Positions 16,472 to 26,126 of a stretch of DNA of 64,000 bases are shown here, in pieces; within the stretch, counting starts at the first letter, position 1; every line of letters begins with the position of its first letter. The notes beneath the pieces are model-generated. The model saw only the letters and a list, made by a program, of their open reading frames with translations. It was not told the DNA's origin and did not search any database. The DNA lies in NCBI GenBank assembly GCA_964637115.1, contig CAZWVL010000001.1, positions 127,340-191,339 on the forward strand. Direction: 5' to 3'. The translations under genes were made by a program, and so were the position numbers. Source of the stretch: an uncultured Methanosarcinales archaeon. GTDB taxonomy: Archaea > Nanobdellota > Nanobdellia > Woesearchaeales > ARS49.

Positions 16472-17152
16472 ATGAAGCTTGGCGTATTGTATTCGGGAGG
16501 CAAGGACAGCACTCTGGCATTAATTAAGGCACAACAGCACCACGAGGTTGCATGCCTAATCAGCATTATTTCTGAAAACAAGGAAAGCTTCATGTTCCAC
16601 ACTCCCAATATCGATATGACTTTATTGCAGTCACAGGCACTAGGCATTCCGTTAGTGCGCGTTACGACAAAAGGAGAAAAAGAAAAAGAGCTTGAAGATT
16701 TGAAAAAAGCGATTGATGAAGCAGTTAAGCGGTATCAGATTGAAGGAATTGTTACGGGTGCAGTCAAAAGCACTTATCAGGCAAGCAGAGTGCAAAGAAT
16801 CTGCCACGAACTGGGAATCTGGTGCTTTAATCCATTGTGGCTGATGGACCAGGTTGAATTATTGCACGAAGTCTTGCAGAAAGGAATAACGGCAATAATA
16901 TCTGGCGTTTTTGCAGAGCCATTGGACAAAAGTTATCTTGGAGCTGCAATTGACAGTAAAATGATTGAACGACTCGCTAAAGTTGGCTCTACTCACCACA
17001 TCAATCCCGCAGGCGAAGGCGGAGAAATAGAGACAACAGTGCTTGACGCGCCAATATTCAAGAAAAAAATCGTGATTACGAAGAACTCAACAGAATATGC
17101 CAATTACAGCGGTGTGTTTGCGATAGAAGATGCGAGGCTGGAACAAAAATGA
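16472..17152 (+). CDS. dph6: Diphthine--ammonia ligase (Dph6, PP-loop ATPase)
   Basis: LYSGGKDS, SFMFHTPN, TGAVKSTYQ, PAGEGGEIET; the start at MKLG is more plausible than the track's 16382. Confidence 0.9.
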   Translation: MKLGVLYSGGKDSTLALIKAQQHHEVACLISIISENKESFMFHTPNIDMTLLQSQALGIPLVRVTTKGEKEKELEDLKKAIDEAVKRYQIEGIVTGAVKSTYQASRVQRICHELGIWCFNPLWLMDQVELLHEVLQKGITAIISGVFAEPLDKSYLGAAIDSKMIERLAKVGSTHHINPAGEGGEIETTVLDAPIFKKKIVITKNSTEYANYSGVFAIEDARLEQK

Positions 17153-17661
17153 TTCTTATAATCTCGACTTGCAAAGAACATCTCAGCGAATCAGAATTTG
17201 TAAGACCAATAGCCATGTTAATAGAAAACCACAACATTTTACATTATTCAAAAGTCAAGCCAGCAGACATTAAAGCAGCAGATAAAATAATCATTGCGGG
17301 CACGGCACTGAAAGACTTCGATTATCTTGCAGGAGATTTCAGCTGGTTGAAGAAATACGACAAGCAAGTCTTAGGAATATGCGCTGGAATGCAAGTCGTT
17401 GCAAAAGAATTTGGAGTACCACTTGAGGAGCATACAACTATTGGACCGCAGAAAGTGGAAGTAATTGAAGACAATAAGCTTGCAAAAGAGGAATTTAACG
17501 CATATTTCCTCCACACTAAGACAGGAACAGGCAATTTTAAGGTACTTGCCACGTCAAATGGCAAACCGTGCATGATAAAACATAACGAAAAGGAAATATA
17601 TGGGTGCATCTTCCATCCAGAAGTTATGAACGAAGATATTATCAGGAGGTTTGTACAATGA
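17149..17661 (+). CDS. Class I glutamine amidotransferase (GMP synthase subunit A-like)
   Basis: LGICAGMQ nucleophile and IFHPE His-Glu; ATGA overlap with dph6. Confidence 0.85.
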   Translation: MILIISTCKEHLSESEFVRPIAMLIENHNILHYSKVKPADIKAADKIIIAGTALKDFDYLAGDFSWLKKYDKQVLGICAGMQVVAKEFGVPLEEHTTIGPQKVEVIEDNKLAKEEFNAYFLHTKTGTGNFKVLATSNGKPCMIKHNEKEIYGCIFHPEVMNEDIIRRFVQ

Positions 17662-18179
17662 GGTGGGTGATTTTGACGTTACTTCTCATTGCTGGGTGCA
17701 CACAAGGAGAACGCACGGCAAAATCTGAGAACCAACATCAAGATGTCCAAGAAACCTTGCAAGAAAGCCAACCAGCGGCACAAGAAATAGAGCCCGTTGA
17801 ACTTAAACTTGATAAAACGAAGTATGAAGAACTGATTAATCGACACTGTGCAGACTTCTTACAACTCGAAATACATGCTGGAAAATCCATTCAAATGCAA
17901 AAACTGGAAAAGGAAATAATGAAGATGGGAGCAAATAATTGCTACGATGACATTGCGACAGTTACAAATGAGGAAAAGCTTTGCAAACTAACAGAAGCAT
18001 TTTCGGCAAGCCAATTACATCACACTACAACGGAAGCGTATGAATATTGCTTGAAAAGCACCGGTGCCTATAACTTACGACCTGAACTTTGCGAGCAAAT
18101 AACAACAGAAGAAATCAGAAAACTTTGCTTTGCAGATTTAGAATTTTACAAGGAGGAAAAGGCAAATGCCAGTCAGTAA
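17658..18179 (+). CDS. Putative lipoprotein with Cys-containing helical repeats
   Basis: MRWVILTLLLIAGC lipobox; ATGA overlap with the upstream gene. Confidence 0.65.
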   Translation: MRWVILTLLLIAGCTQGERTAKSENQHQDVQETLQESQPAAQEIEPVELKLDKTKYEELINRHCADFLQLEIHAGKSIQMQKLEKEIMKMGANNCYDDIATVTNEEKLCKLTEAFSASQLHHTTTEAYEYCLKSTGAYNLRPELCEQITTEEIRKLCFADLEFYKEEKANASQ

Positions 18180-18477
18180 AGCCTCGTGGATAACAGTGCT
18201 GGTGGGCGCAATTATACAATTATTTACTGCTTATAGAATGGTTACGATAAAATACCTGAACTTTTTGGCAAAGTATCCCGATTCAGCATATCTTTTTCTT
18301 ATTGCCGGAGCATTATATTTTGTAATCGGCTTCTTCATGTTCTATACTGTTTTACTTTTACGCAAAGAAAAGACGTGCAGACGCGGAAGCATATTCGCAA
18401 TAATTCTAAGTATACTTGGGCTGAATATTGTTGCTCTTGTAGGAGCCATAATAGGCTTCATAAAATCACGCAAGTGA
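18166..18477 (+). CDS. Small multi-TM membrane protein
   Basis: Three to four hydrophobic segments in 103 aa. Confidence 0.65.
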   Translation: MPVSKASWITVLVGAIIQLFTAYRMVTIKYLNFLAKYPDSAYLFLIAGALYFVIGFFMFYTVLLLRKEKTCRRGSIFAIILSILGLNIVALVGAIIGFIKSRK

Positions 18478-18518
18478 TTCCCGCAAAACATAAATACTCG
18501 AACGCTCCCCGATGGTTT

Positions 18519-18950
18519 ATGAAACTTTCATTTATTCTGTTGATGTTATTTCTTATCAGCTGCGCGCCAGCTGCACAGGAAGTAACTACAAAGCCAATTG
18601 TTGAATCAAAGCCAATGGTGCAGCCGAAAATCGAAGCGCTGGAGCCCCAGGTCAAAGCTCCCCAAGTCCAGATTACAGAAACACAACCTCCACAGAAAAC
18701 AACACCGCCAAAATCAAGTTTGTCGCTGGAACAACAATGCATTGATCTTTGCGAGAATAATTGCGCAGAAACAGCACAAAATTCCTGCACGCAAAGTGAA
18801 CGTTCAACGTGCAAAGATTATTGCGGCGACAATCCAGCAGTAGACCCGTCAGCCTGCACGCAAGCCTGCTCCTATCTCAATCAGCCAAACGTCTGCAAGC
18901 AACAGATGGAACAGTTTTGCTCGGCAAATTGTGTATCGTTCTGCCACTAA
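18519..18950 (+). CDS. Cys-rich lipoprotein with Pro/Thr/Gln linker and CxxxC repeats
   Basis: MKLSFILLMLFLISC lipobox; CIDLC, CKDYC, CTQAC and CSANC. Confidence 0.7.
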   Translation: MKLSFILLMLFLISCAPAAQEVTTKPIVESKPMVQPKIEALEPQVKAPQVQITETQPPQKTTPPKSSLSLEQQCIDLCENNCAETAQNSCTQSERSTCKDYCGDNPAVDPSACTQACSYLNQPNVCKQQMEQFCSANCVSFCH

Positions 18951-19261
18951 TTAATCAACTTTACAAGTTTTTTCTTTTGTGTTTTAGAAAGCGCGGACTT
19001 GACAGCATTATCCAGCGCGCTTGATTCGCGTTTCACGTAATCGTAAGCAAGTTCAGGACGAGAAACAAGCTTGCCTGCATGAATGACGTATTTTTTCCAC
19101 GAGATATTTTTAATCTGGTAAATCAGTTCTGCAAGTTCAGCAGCTTCGGATGAATGTTTTTTTGCGTGTTCTGGCATGCGGTCCGGACTAAGATACGGTT
19201 TTCCCTGTGTTCGCTGCAAATACTGCAGGCGTGTTGCTTCGTATAATTCTCTGTCGCCCAT
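18947..19261 (-). CDS. Hypothetical protein
   Basis: 104-aa ORF co-oriented downstream of SRP54. Confidence 0.55.
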   Translation of the reverse strand: MGDRELYEATRLQYLQRTQGKPYLSPDRMPEHAKKHSSEAAELAELIYQIKNISWKKYVIHAGKLVSRPELAYDYVKRESSALDNAVKSALSKTQKKKLVKLIN

Positions 19262-19279
19262 TCTTCACTCACTATTTTG

Positions 19280-19804
19280 TTATATAAACTCGTCGTCATC
19301 AGGAGTTACCTGTCTATATGCTGGAATTAAATTCGGTTTAGGCTTTGGCTGACCATTTTCCCTGGTATATCCTGCCTGCCATTTCTTGAATTCTGGCGTT
19401 TTTTTAACGTCCTCCATCTTGGGAAGAGACGCTTCTGTAATCAACTCAATAGGGCTCTTTGAATTAATTTTCTTCGGAAGCTGCCAGTTGACAGGATGAA
19501 AAGATTCTTTCAGGCTTTTTTCAAGCTCTCTGACTTCGCGAAGAGTTTTGCCTGCGTCCTTTTCATTTATCATCAAAGAATACCAAGCAGTCAGTCCGTG
19601 ACCGCAAACAGGAATTGGCTTGAAATAAAACCGTTCTGAACGGATGTAAAAGTCGCCTTTGTCAATCTGCGTTACAACAACTCTTGTCACCTGTTCAGGC
19701 TCGTAGCAATTAAAACAATACTTTCCCTTGTTAAATCCATTATTACCTGTCATTTCACTCACCCTGACTACGTCACAAAGCACTTCTTTATCAATGTTAC
19801 TCAA
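19280..19804 (-). CDS. Hypothetical protein
   Basis: TTG start abutting the SRP54 stop; contains CFNC. Confidence 0.55.
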   Translation of the reverse strand: MSNIDKEVLCDVVRVSEMTGNNGFNKGKYCFNCYEPEQVTRVVVTQIDKGDFYIRSERFYFKPIPVCGHGLTAWYSLMINEKDAGKTLREVRELEKSLKESFHPVNWQLPKKINSKSPIELITEASLPKMEDVKKTPEFKKWQAGYTRENGQPKPKPNLIPAYRQVTPDDDEFI

Positions 19805-21157
19805 TCAAAACTTCAAATTCGGCCCAGCTTTCTTGGCCATCTTCTTCATCAGCTTCTCAGGATTCTCTCCCTTAAGCATTTTAACCATCTTCTTTGACTG
19901 CTTGTACTGCTTAATCATGTCCCTAATGTCACCAGTTGAAACACCAGAACCCTTGCTGATTCTTTCTATTCTCTGCGCGTCAATAACATCCGGCTCTTCC
20001 AATTCTCCCTTTGTCATTGAATTCATGGCGTGCTTCCACTTCTGCAGCTTGCCTTCTTGCACCTGCAATGCCTCTTTTGGCAGGCTTATGGAGCCCAAAC
20101 CAGGAATCATTTCCAAAACTTTGCCCAACGGACCCATCTTAGACATAGCTTCCATCTGACTGTAAAGGTCAATCAAATTAAACTCTCCTTTCAACAGCTT
20201 TTTCTCAATATCTTTAGCTTCTTCCTCAGTAATTGCTTCTTTGGCTTTTTCTAATAAAGCTTCCAAGTCGCCCATGCCTAAAAGTCTGCCAACAAAACCT
20301 TTGGGATTAAACTGTTCGAAATCGTCAACTTTTTCTCCAACACCTATGAATTTTATTGGAGCGCCTGTAACTGCACAAGCGCTTAAAGCTCCTCCGCCTT
20401 TTGCAGTACCGTCCATCTTCGTAACAACAACACCAGTTATAGCGCCGGCCTCGTGGAACGCTTTGGCCTGCGATTGAGCGGCCTGGCCAATGTCTGCAGA
20501 GATGACTAATAACGCTTCGTCAGGCTTAGCTAATTCGTGAACTTTCTTTAATTCTTCAATCAGGTCCTGAGATAAAGCGTCTCTGCCTGCCGTGTCAACG
20601 ATAATTAAGTCAAACTTCTTGAACTCTGGTTCAAAGTGCTTATAGATTTTTATTGGATCTTTCTCGCCTTTATTGACAAAAACAGGAACGTTAATTACCT
20701 TTCCTACCTGCTCCAACTGGTCCATAGCAGCAGGACGATGAACGTCAAGACCCAACAAGGCAACACGTTTTCCTCTTTTCATGAAATATTTTGCAATCTT
20801 GCCTGAAGTAGTTGTTTTACCTGAGCCAAACAAGCCAATAAGCATAATCTTGTTCGGCATTTTGTCGCCAAGCTTCAATTCAGATTTCTCTCCGCCCAAG
20901 AATTTAGTTAATTCCTCATAAACAATATTGATTAAATGCTCCTTCTTTGTCAAAGCGCCAGGAGTTTCCTCTTTCAGAATACGGTCCTTGATTTTTTGCG
21001 TTAATTCAAACACCAGCTTGACATTAACGTCAGCCTGCAAAAGCGCTCTCTGAATATCTTTAATTAGTTCATTAATGAGTTTTTCATCTACAAACATCGA
21101 CTTTGCAATCTTCTGCAAAGTATTCTTCAAGCTCTCAGAAAGCTTTTCCAAAACCAT
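19805..21157 (-). CDS. srp54: Signal recognition particle protein SRP54
   Basis: GLFGSGKTTT, DTAGR, TKMDGTAKGGGALS and a Met-rich M domain; start at MVLEKL (21157). Confidence 0.96.
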   Translation of the reverse strand: MVLEKLSESLKNTLQKIAKSMFVDEKLINELIKDIQRALLQADVNVKLVFELTQKIKDRILKEETPGALTKKEHLINIVYEELTKFLGGEKSELKLGDKMPNKIMLIGLFGSGKTTTSGKIAKYFMKRGKRVALLGLDVHRPAAMDQLEQVGKVINVPVFVNKGEKDPIKIYKHFEPEFKKFDLIIVDTAGRDALSQDLIEELKKVHELAKPDEALLVISADIGQAAQSQAKAFHEAGAITGVVVTKMDGTAKGGGALSACAVTGAPIKFIGVGEKVDDFEQFNPKGFVGRLLGMGDLEALLEKAKEAITEEEAKDIEKKLLKGEFNLIDLYSQMEAMSKMGPLGKVLEMIPGLGSISLPKEALQVQEGKLQKWKHAMNSMTKGELEEPDVIDAQRIERISKGSGVSTGDIRDMIKQYKQSKKMVKMLKGENPEKLMKKMAKKAGPNLKF

Positions 21158-21209
21158 ACATAAATGCCTATGAGGAGGGTTTATAAAGGTTATTGCCTGT
21201 CTGCAAAAC

Positions 21210-21551
21210 ATGGCGGCTATAGACGAGGTTGTCAAAACAATTGACGAAACCATTTCACAGGCACGAGCCACTTTTGAAGACCAATTCCAAGCCCTAAAAG
21301 CACGCCAAGAAAAACGTTCAGGTCCTGTTGCTTTTTCATCCACAAAGGGTCTAACGCAGCAATGCGTTTCTTGCAGCAAGGAAATCGTCAACTATGCCGT
21401 TTTTGGCAGATGCATCGAAGGAGAAAGAGAAGGTTTTGTCAACATCAGCTGGAATTGCAACAATTGCAAAAAACGTTTTGTTTTCATGGGCCCCAGAAGC
21501 TCAGTCGTAGATAAGCTATTGCACTTGTCTTATCAGCTAAAAGCGGCCTAA
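21210..21551 (+). CDS. Hypothetical coiled-coil + zinc-ribbon protein
   Basis: Helical N-terminus, then CVSC...CNNC. Confidence 0.55.
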   Translation: MAAIDEVVKTIDETISQARATFEDQFQALKARQEKRSGPVAFSSTKGLTQQCVSCSKEIVNYAVFGRCIEGEREGFVNISWNCNNCKKRFVFMGPRSSVVDKLLHLSYQLKAA

Positions 21552-21605
21552 ATATTCTTTTTCAGACGAGAAAAAATTATAAACCTCGCTTATTGACGGC
21601 AAGGC

Positions 21606-22367
21606 ATGACTAATTTAGCGGGGGTAGAGCATATCAAGACTCTTGGATTTCCCACAACGAAAAAGTTCGGGCTTTACCTTCCGGAGAATGTTTACGGAAT
21701 AGATCTTGATGAGCTTTACCGCGATGCACCATCAGGCGCAACCATTTATGTCAATTACCGCGGTATCAAAATCGACCACGGCCCAAATGGAATACGACCT
21801 ATCAAAATAAAAACAAGCAACGGCGTTCCCAGAGAAAAGTTTTTTGAAACATTTGAAGAAATGAGGCAAAACTGCAAATTGCCGCTCTATGACCAGATAT
21901 TCGGCGTCTGCCAAACAATTTGCCAGCTGGATGCCATCATCTCAGGCATCTGCGTCAAAGACGACCAAGACGGTTTTGGACGTTTAACAGCAGAAGCAAC
22001 TTTTGGAATGAGAAAAGGCGACTTTGACCCTCATCTTTCCATTGGAGACCAGATTGTCGGAGACAGAAGAATAGCCCATAACAGGCAGTTCAATGTCGCG
22101 CCTGTCGAAAAAATACCTTCTCAACATCAGCATCTCTATTCTCACAAAGATTTGGCAATTTATCATATGCTAGATGTTATGCGAACAACAATGAGAAACT
22201 TCGGCGAAGGAATAACTGGCATTGAATTCATGGTTGATTTGCGCAAAAGCGAAATCTTTTTTGTGGACTTCTACCACTCCAGACATCCGAACCCTGATAC
22301 GCAAGCAGGAAAACCATCCGTCTATCATACTGCTGAAGAAAAAATCGAAGCAGACAAAGCCGCGTGA
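21606..22367 (+). CDS. Hypothetical protein, tentatively a degenerate ATP-grasp (PEP-synthase N-terminal-like) fold
   Basis: IKTLGFPT, ISGICVKD...AEATFG and GIEFMVD...IFFVD loosely follow the PPDK_N motif order. Confidence 0.35.
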   Translation: MTNLAGVEHIKTLGFPTTKKFGLYLPENVYGIDLDELYRDAPSGATIYVNYRGIKIDHGPNGIRPIKIKTSNGVPREKFFETFEEMRQNCKLPLYDQIFGVCQTICQLDAIISGICVKDDQDGFGRLTAEATFGMRKGDFDPHLSIGDQIVGDRRIAHNRQFNVAPVEKIPSQHQHLYSHKDLAIYHMLDVMRTTMRNFGEGITGIEFMVDLRKSEIFFVDFYHSRHPNPDTQAGKPSVYHTAEEKIEADKAA

Positions 22368-23000
22368 CTACTTTTCCCTTGCGGCATGTATCGCGTGCTC
22401 AATAATGGAAGGAGTCCAGCCCTTTTCTGCGAGCTGCATCCTGATGTCCTTCAAAGATTTTTGATGCTCAAACTGATGCTTGACAAAATTAATTAATTCG
22501 TCCGGAGCAGGATGAATGTGCTCTTCTTTGTGGGTTTCCCTGTGGACATAATACTGCTCTCTCAGCCAGAATATAAGAATGACGATTACGATAAGCAGTA
22601 AAATGTTAAATCCGAGCAAAAAAACAATGTATGTTGGGAACCTAATTTGTGCGGGAGCTTCTAGCGACGGACGCGCGTCAACCTTATTCGCTATCGCATC
22701 AACAGTTGACTGAATCTGCACAACATTTGCCAGCATAGAACGCTGGAAACTGTCCATCTGTCCCTGCAACTGCGAGATTTCATTTGTACGCTGTTCCTGC
22801 CACACTCTGTTTTCGTTTCTTAACTCTGTAACATTGCCGCCCAATGATATAGCTGCATCCTGCAATCTTAGAATGTGAATATTATCCAACGGAAAATCAG
22901 AATACCGCTTGATTTCGCCGGAAGTATTAGTTATAAGATTCTGCTGGGCAAACACTGCGGTTGCAAGCAACAGAGCTAACAACAAAAGCCTCTTTTTCAT
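22368..23000 (-). CDS. Secreted/membrane protein: signal peptide, coiled coil, TM helix, small cytoplasmic helical domain
   Basis: MKKRLLLLALLLATAVFA; TM YIVFLLGFNILLLIVIVILIFWL; tail LAEKGWTPSIIEHA. Confidence 0.7.
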   Translation of the reverse strand: MKKRLLLLALLLATAVFAQQNLITNTSGEIKRYSDFPLDNIHILRLQDAAISLGGNVTELRNENRVWQEQRTNEISQLQGQMDSFQRSMLANVVQIQSTVDAIANKVDARPSLEAPAQIRFPTYIVFLLGFNILLLIVIVILIFWLREQYYVHRETHKEEHIHPAPDELINFVKHQFEHQKSLKDIRMQLAEKGWTPSIIEHAIHAAREK

Positions 23001-23062
23001 TATGAATAATTTTCAGAGGTAAAGGTATTTAAAGGTTGTGCAGGAAATCAACATCGCACCAC

Positions 23063-23145
23063 GGGGCTGTCTGCTAGTGGTAGGCTACATCCTTGGGGAA
23101 GATTCCAAAATGGATGTGACCCCGGTCCGATTCCGGGCAGTCCCA
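23063..23145 (+). tRNA. tRNA-Pro(GGG) with a 12-nt intron at canonical position 37/38 (23099-23110)
   Basis: Acceptor stem GGGGCTG/CAGTCCC; anticodon stem CATCC/GGATG with loop TT-GGG-G|T; T stem CCCGG/CCGGG; BHB central helix TTGG:CCAA with 3-nt bulges; no encoded CCA. Confidence 0.88.
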
Positions 23146-23155
23146 TTTGTCATAA

Positions 23156-24100
23156 TTATCTTTTCAACTGATTAAATTCATTCAGAGTTGAGACCATGCC
23201 ATACCTGCTGCTGCATTCTGCAAAGAATCTGAATGCGACTTGTGCACCTTTTCGAAATCTGAGGGCGCTACAAACAACAACTGCTCCCATTCCAAGATAG
23301 ACAAACCCTTTTAGAAGCGCCATGGCTGGAAGGCGTGCATGTTTCAGCACAGGAATGAGCATATCAAATTTGGGATTTGGGAAGTAGCGGGAGGAAAAAT
23401 CCTCACCATGCATTATCCTGATTCGCGTGCGATCTTTGCCCTGTCCGCTAATGATGCGCGAGTAGTTGATAAGCTTGTTTTCATTAAAATGCCACGAGCT
23501 GTTCGACGGAAATTTCCGAATATTAATGCCCTTCTGATGAAGCCGTGCTCCCATCTCAAATTCTGCTCCAAAAGGAAGCTCTTCAGCAAAACCTCCCATC
23601 GCGTCAAAACATTTTCTTGTCAAGGCTGAATTGTGGAAATCAAAATAATAATCATTCACCTTATAGCGTTTCAACCGCTTCCTCACGGCATAGAAAAAAT
23701 TGTCCTGCGCCATAAACACTATTGAATCGCTTGGAACAGATTGAACACCCCCTGCAGCTGCTTGAATATTCTCCTTTTGGAAAAGTTCAGCGTATCGTTT
23801 CAGCCAGATTCTATCGGGATGACAATGCGATTCGATAAAACAGAGAATTTTCCCATATGACTGTTTTACGGCTTCATTAACGAGCGCTGCACGATTCTTG
23901 CCAGGACATCGGAGGACACGCAAATGCGGATAGCGCTTTTCAATATCAGTAAGGAGCGCTTTATCTTCTTTGGAAAAGTTGCCGCAATCTGTTAAAATCA
24001 CTTCATACTTATCAGCATAATCTTGTGTACAGATCGCGTGGATGCACGGCAAAAGCGTACCCTGCGAGTCCACATCGGACACGATGATGCTGGCCTTCAT
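23156..24100 (-). CDS. GT2-family glycosyltransferase
   Basis: N-terminal ASIIV...EVILTD, RAALVNEAV, CFIESHC (DxD position) and GGFAEEL...EFEMGARL. Confidence 0.75.
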   Translation of the reverse strand: MKASIIVSDVDSQGTLLPCIHAICTQDYADKYEVILTDCGNFSKEDKALLTDIEKRYPHLRVLRCPGKNRAALVNEAVKQSYGKILCFIESHCHPDRIWLKRYAELFQKENIQAAAGGVQSVPSDSIVFMAQDNFFYAVRKRLKRYKVNDYYFDFHNSALTRKCFDAMGGFAEELPFGAEFEMGARLHQKGINIRKFPSNSSWHFNENKLINYSRIISGQGKDRTRIRIMHGEDFSSRYFPNPKFDMLIPVLKHARLPAMALLKGFVYLGMGAVVVCSALRFRKGAQVAFRFFAECSSRYGMVSTLNEFNQLKR

Positions 24101-24160
24101 TTCTTCACGCTCTCATATACATCAGGAGAACACGCGCACTATTTTAAATCCTTTTGTCGC

Positions 24161-24568
24161 TCAGCCGGGAATTATGAAACCAACAATGCCTCCGATAATG
24201 AATCCGAAGATAAAGCCTACAATCGTCACGATTAGCCAGGCAAGTGCTGACTTGCCCCACGATAGTTCGTAGAACTTTCGAATGAGCCACAAAAGCACGG
24301 CTGCGTTGATAACAAAGAACAACAAATTAAGCAGTGCGTTGCCGACAAGCACCGGATTAAAGGTTGGAAACAGGCTAAGAACAAAGCTCACTGCACCAGC
24401 AACAAAAGAAACACTGAGCGCAGTCTTAAATCCCTTTTTAGCAGAATCGCGGTCTGCACTCAACAGTTTCTGCGCAGTAAACCACAGCGCAAGCGCGTTA
24501 ATAAAAATAATGATTACGATTGTCACAATATTGATTAAAAATGTGCTTAACATTGCCATATTCACCAC
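24161..24568 (-). CDS. Four-TM membrane protein
   Basis: Almost entirely hydrophobic helices. Confidence 0.7.
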   Translation of the reverse strand: MVNMAMLSTFLINIVTIVIIIFINALALWFTAQKLLSADRDSAKKGFKTALSVSFVAGAVSFVLSLFPTFNPVLVGNALLNLLFFVINAAVLLWLIRKFYELSWGKSALAWLIVTIVGFIFGFIIGGIVGFIIPG

Positions 24569-25155
24569 CTCAACTCATGATATAGTTCGCCGTAAATGGA
24601 AAAGCTGAAAACTGTGAGCCAGAAGGCCATAAATCCCATGATTAGGAAAGGTCCTACGAACGTGAATGAAAGAAGAATGGTTGCAAAGTTCAACAGGATA
24701 GCTATAATAGTGCCAATTATGAAGACCAATAACCACGTGGCCAGATATTTCCCAGAAAAACACTTTGCAAATACACTTCTGTCAAACGCGTCCTTAAAAC
24801 GCCCGTTTGCATATGAAACCCAGGCCATAGGCAAGAAATAATACGCCAAAATTGCAAGAATAATGGATGCGACTAAAACTGGAATGTCAAATTCTTCAGT
24901 AAAAAAGCCAACTGAAAAAACGATAAGTGCAGGCAGAGCGTAGATAATCATTATTACGGAAGCAAGAAGGCCTTGAATCCACATAGCTCCAAATTGCCAC
25001 ATTGGCAGTTTTTTTCCATATATTCTTCGAGCGCACTCAAGACCATAGCCGTATGTCATAAAGTTGACAATTGGAATAAATGACAGGATAATTCCTATAG
25101 CGAGCCTGCGCCAGTCAGAAAATGTCAGCCAGAGAGATTGTTTGAATTCAACCAT
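24562..25155 (-). CDS. DUF4013-like membrane protein
   Basis: FIPIVNFMTYGYGLECAR...KKLPMW pattern plus several TM helices. Confidence 0.7.
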   Translation of the reverse strand: MVEFKQSLWLTFSDWRRLAIGIILSFIPIVNFMTYGYGLECARRIYGKKLPMWQFGAMWIQGLLASVIMIIYALPALIVFSVGFFTEEFDIPVLVASIILAILAYYFLPMAWVSYANGRFKDAFDRSVFAKCFSGKYLATWLLVFIIGTIIAILLNFATILLSFTFVGPFLIMGFMAFWLTVFSFSIYGELYHELRW

Positions 25156-25259
25156 AATAACCCCATATAGTACCGCTCTGCCCTGCTTATAAGCTTTTAT
25201 AGGCACTGAATAGTGAATACTTTATATACTAGATTTGCTCATTTCTTAGTCACTTTATA

Positions 25260-26126
25260 GTGATTAAAATGGGAAGGTTTATAAATGAAAAGCGCTTCCT
25301 CAAAGGCATGTACAGCCTGAAAGAGCTAGAAAGCAAAATGCCAGTTTATCTTGATCAGCGCGTCAAGATTGATCCGGCAATACTTGCAGAGCAGCTGAAC
25401 TTAAACGGCTGGCTGGACGAACAACTCGTAGAACAACTTCTTGGAAAGTCCAAAAAATGCGTTATAACAGTATTTGCCACTGATTACGGTGTTGAAGCGG
25501 TTGTGAAAGGCGAGTCTGCCAAAGACAAAGATGAACAATCAACATTTCCAGGATTTTATGTTGCGGCCAAGGCCAGCGATCTGACGATTCCAAAAGAGCT
25601 CGAACGTGCAACAGCTTACATAAGCAGAAAATACACGCCAAAACTCGGACGCTTCAAGATTGCCCCTGAATCTTTCCGCATTGCACGAGTTGAGCCAGAC
25701 GTCAAAAACAAACAAGCGCTCGTAGACATAATCTCGGAAAAACTTCCATTTTCAACCGAACAGGAATATTGGGATAATTACGTAACCCCAGAACTCACGA
25801 TAAGATACGATTGCGGCAGGGCAATGCGCGTGCTTGACGAGGCATTTGAACACCACTATGCCAGTGCAAGAATTCCGCACGACAAAACTGAAAAATGGGC
25901 CCGCGGAATGATGCATTCAAGTCTATACAGTTTTGTTGAAATGATGAAACAACACGGCAGACAAAATAACAAAGTGATGCAATATAAAACAAGTCAAGGC
26001 TTTTTTAACATAAGCAATCTTGACTTCTGCGTCTTTTACAATCCAGAGGTTGAAAAACAGGTCATTGCAGGCAAACGACAAGTGAAAGTTCCAGTATCAT
26101 TTATTGTAAAAGCGGAGGAACAATGA
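25260..26126 (+). CDS. Hypothetical protein, translationally coupled to the ADP-ribosylglycohydrolase
   Basis: 288-aa ORF with ATGA overlap at 26123-26126; no recognised motif. Confidence 0.65.
   Translation: MIKMGRFINEKRFLKGMYSLKELESKMPVYLDQRVKIDPAILAEQLNLNGWLDEQLVEQLLGKSKKCVITVFATDYGVEAVVKGESAKDKDEQSTFPGFYVAAKASDLTIPKELERATAYISRKYTPKLGRFKIAPESFRIARVEPDVKNKQALVDIISEKLPFSTEQEYWDNYVTPELTIRYDCGRAMRVLDEAFEHHYASARIPHDKTEKWARGMMHSSLYSFVEMMKQHGRQNNKVMQYKTSQGFFNISNLDFCVFYNPEVEKQVIAGKRQVKVPVSFIVKAEEQ

Noticed and set aside
21158-21391. 78-aa N-terminal extension of SRP54
   Set aside because: It overlaps the divergent 21210 gene and a TATA-like element; the SRP54-like sequence begins at MVLEKL.
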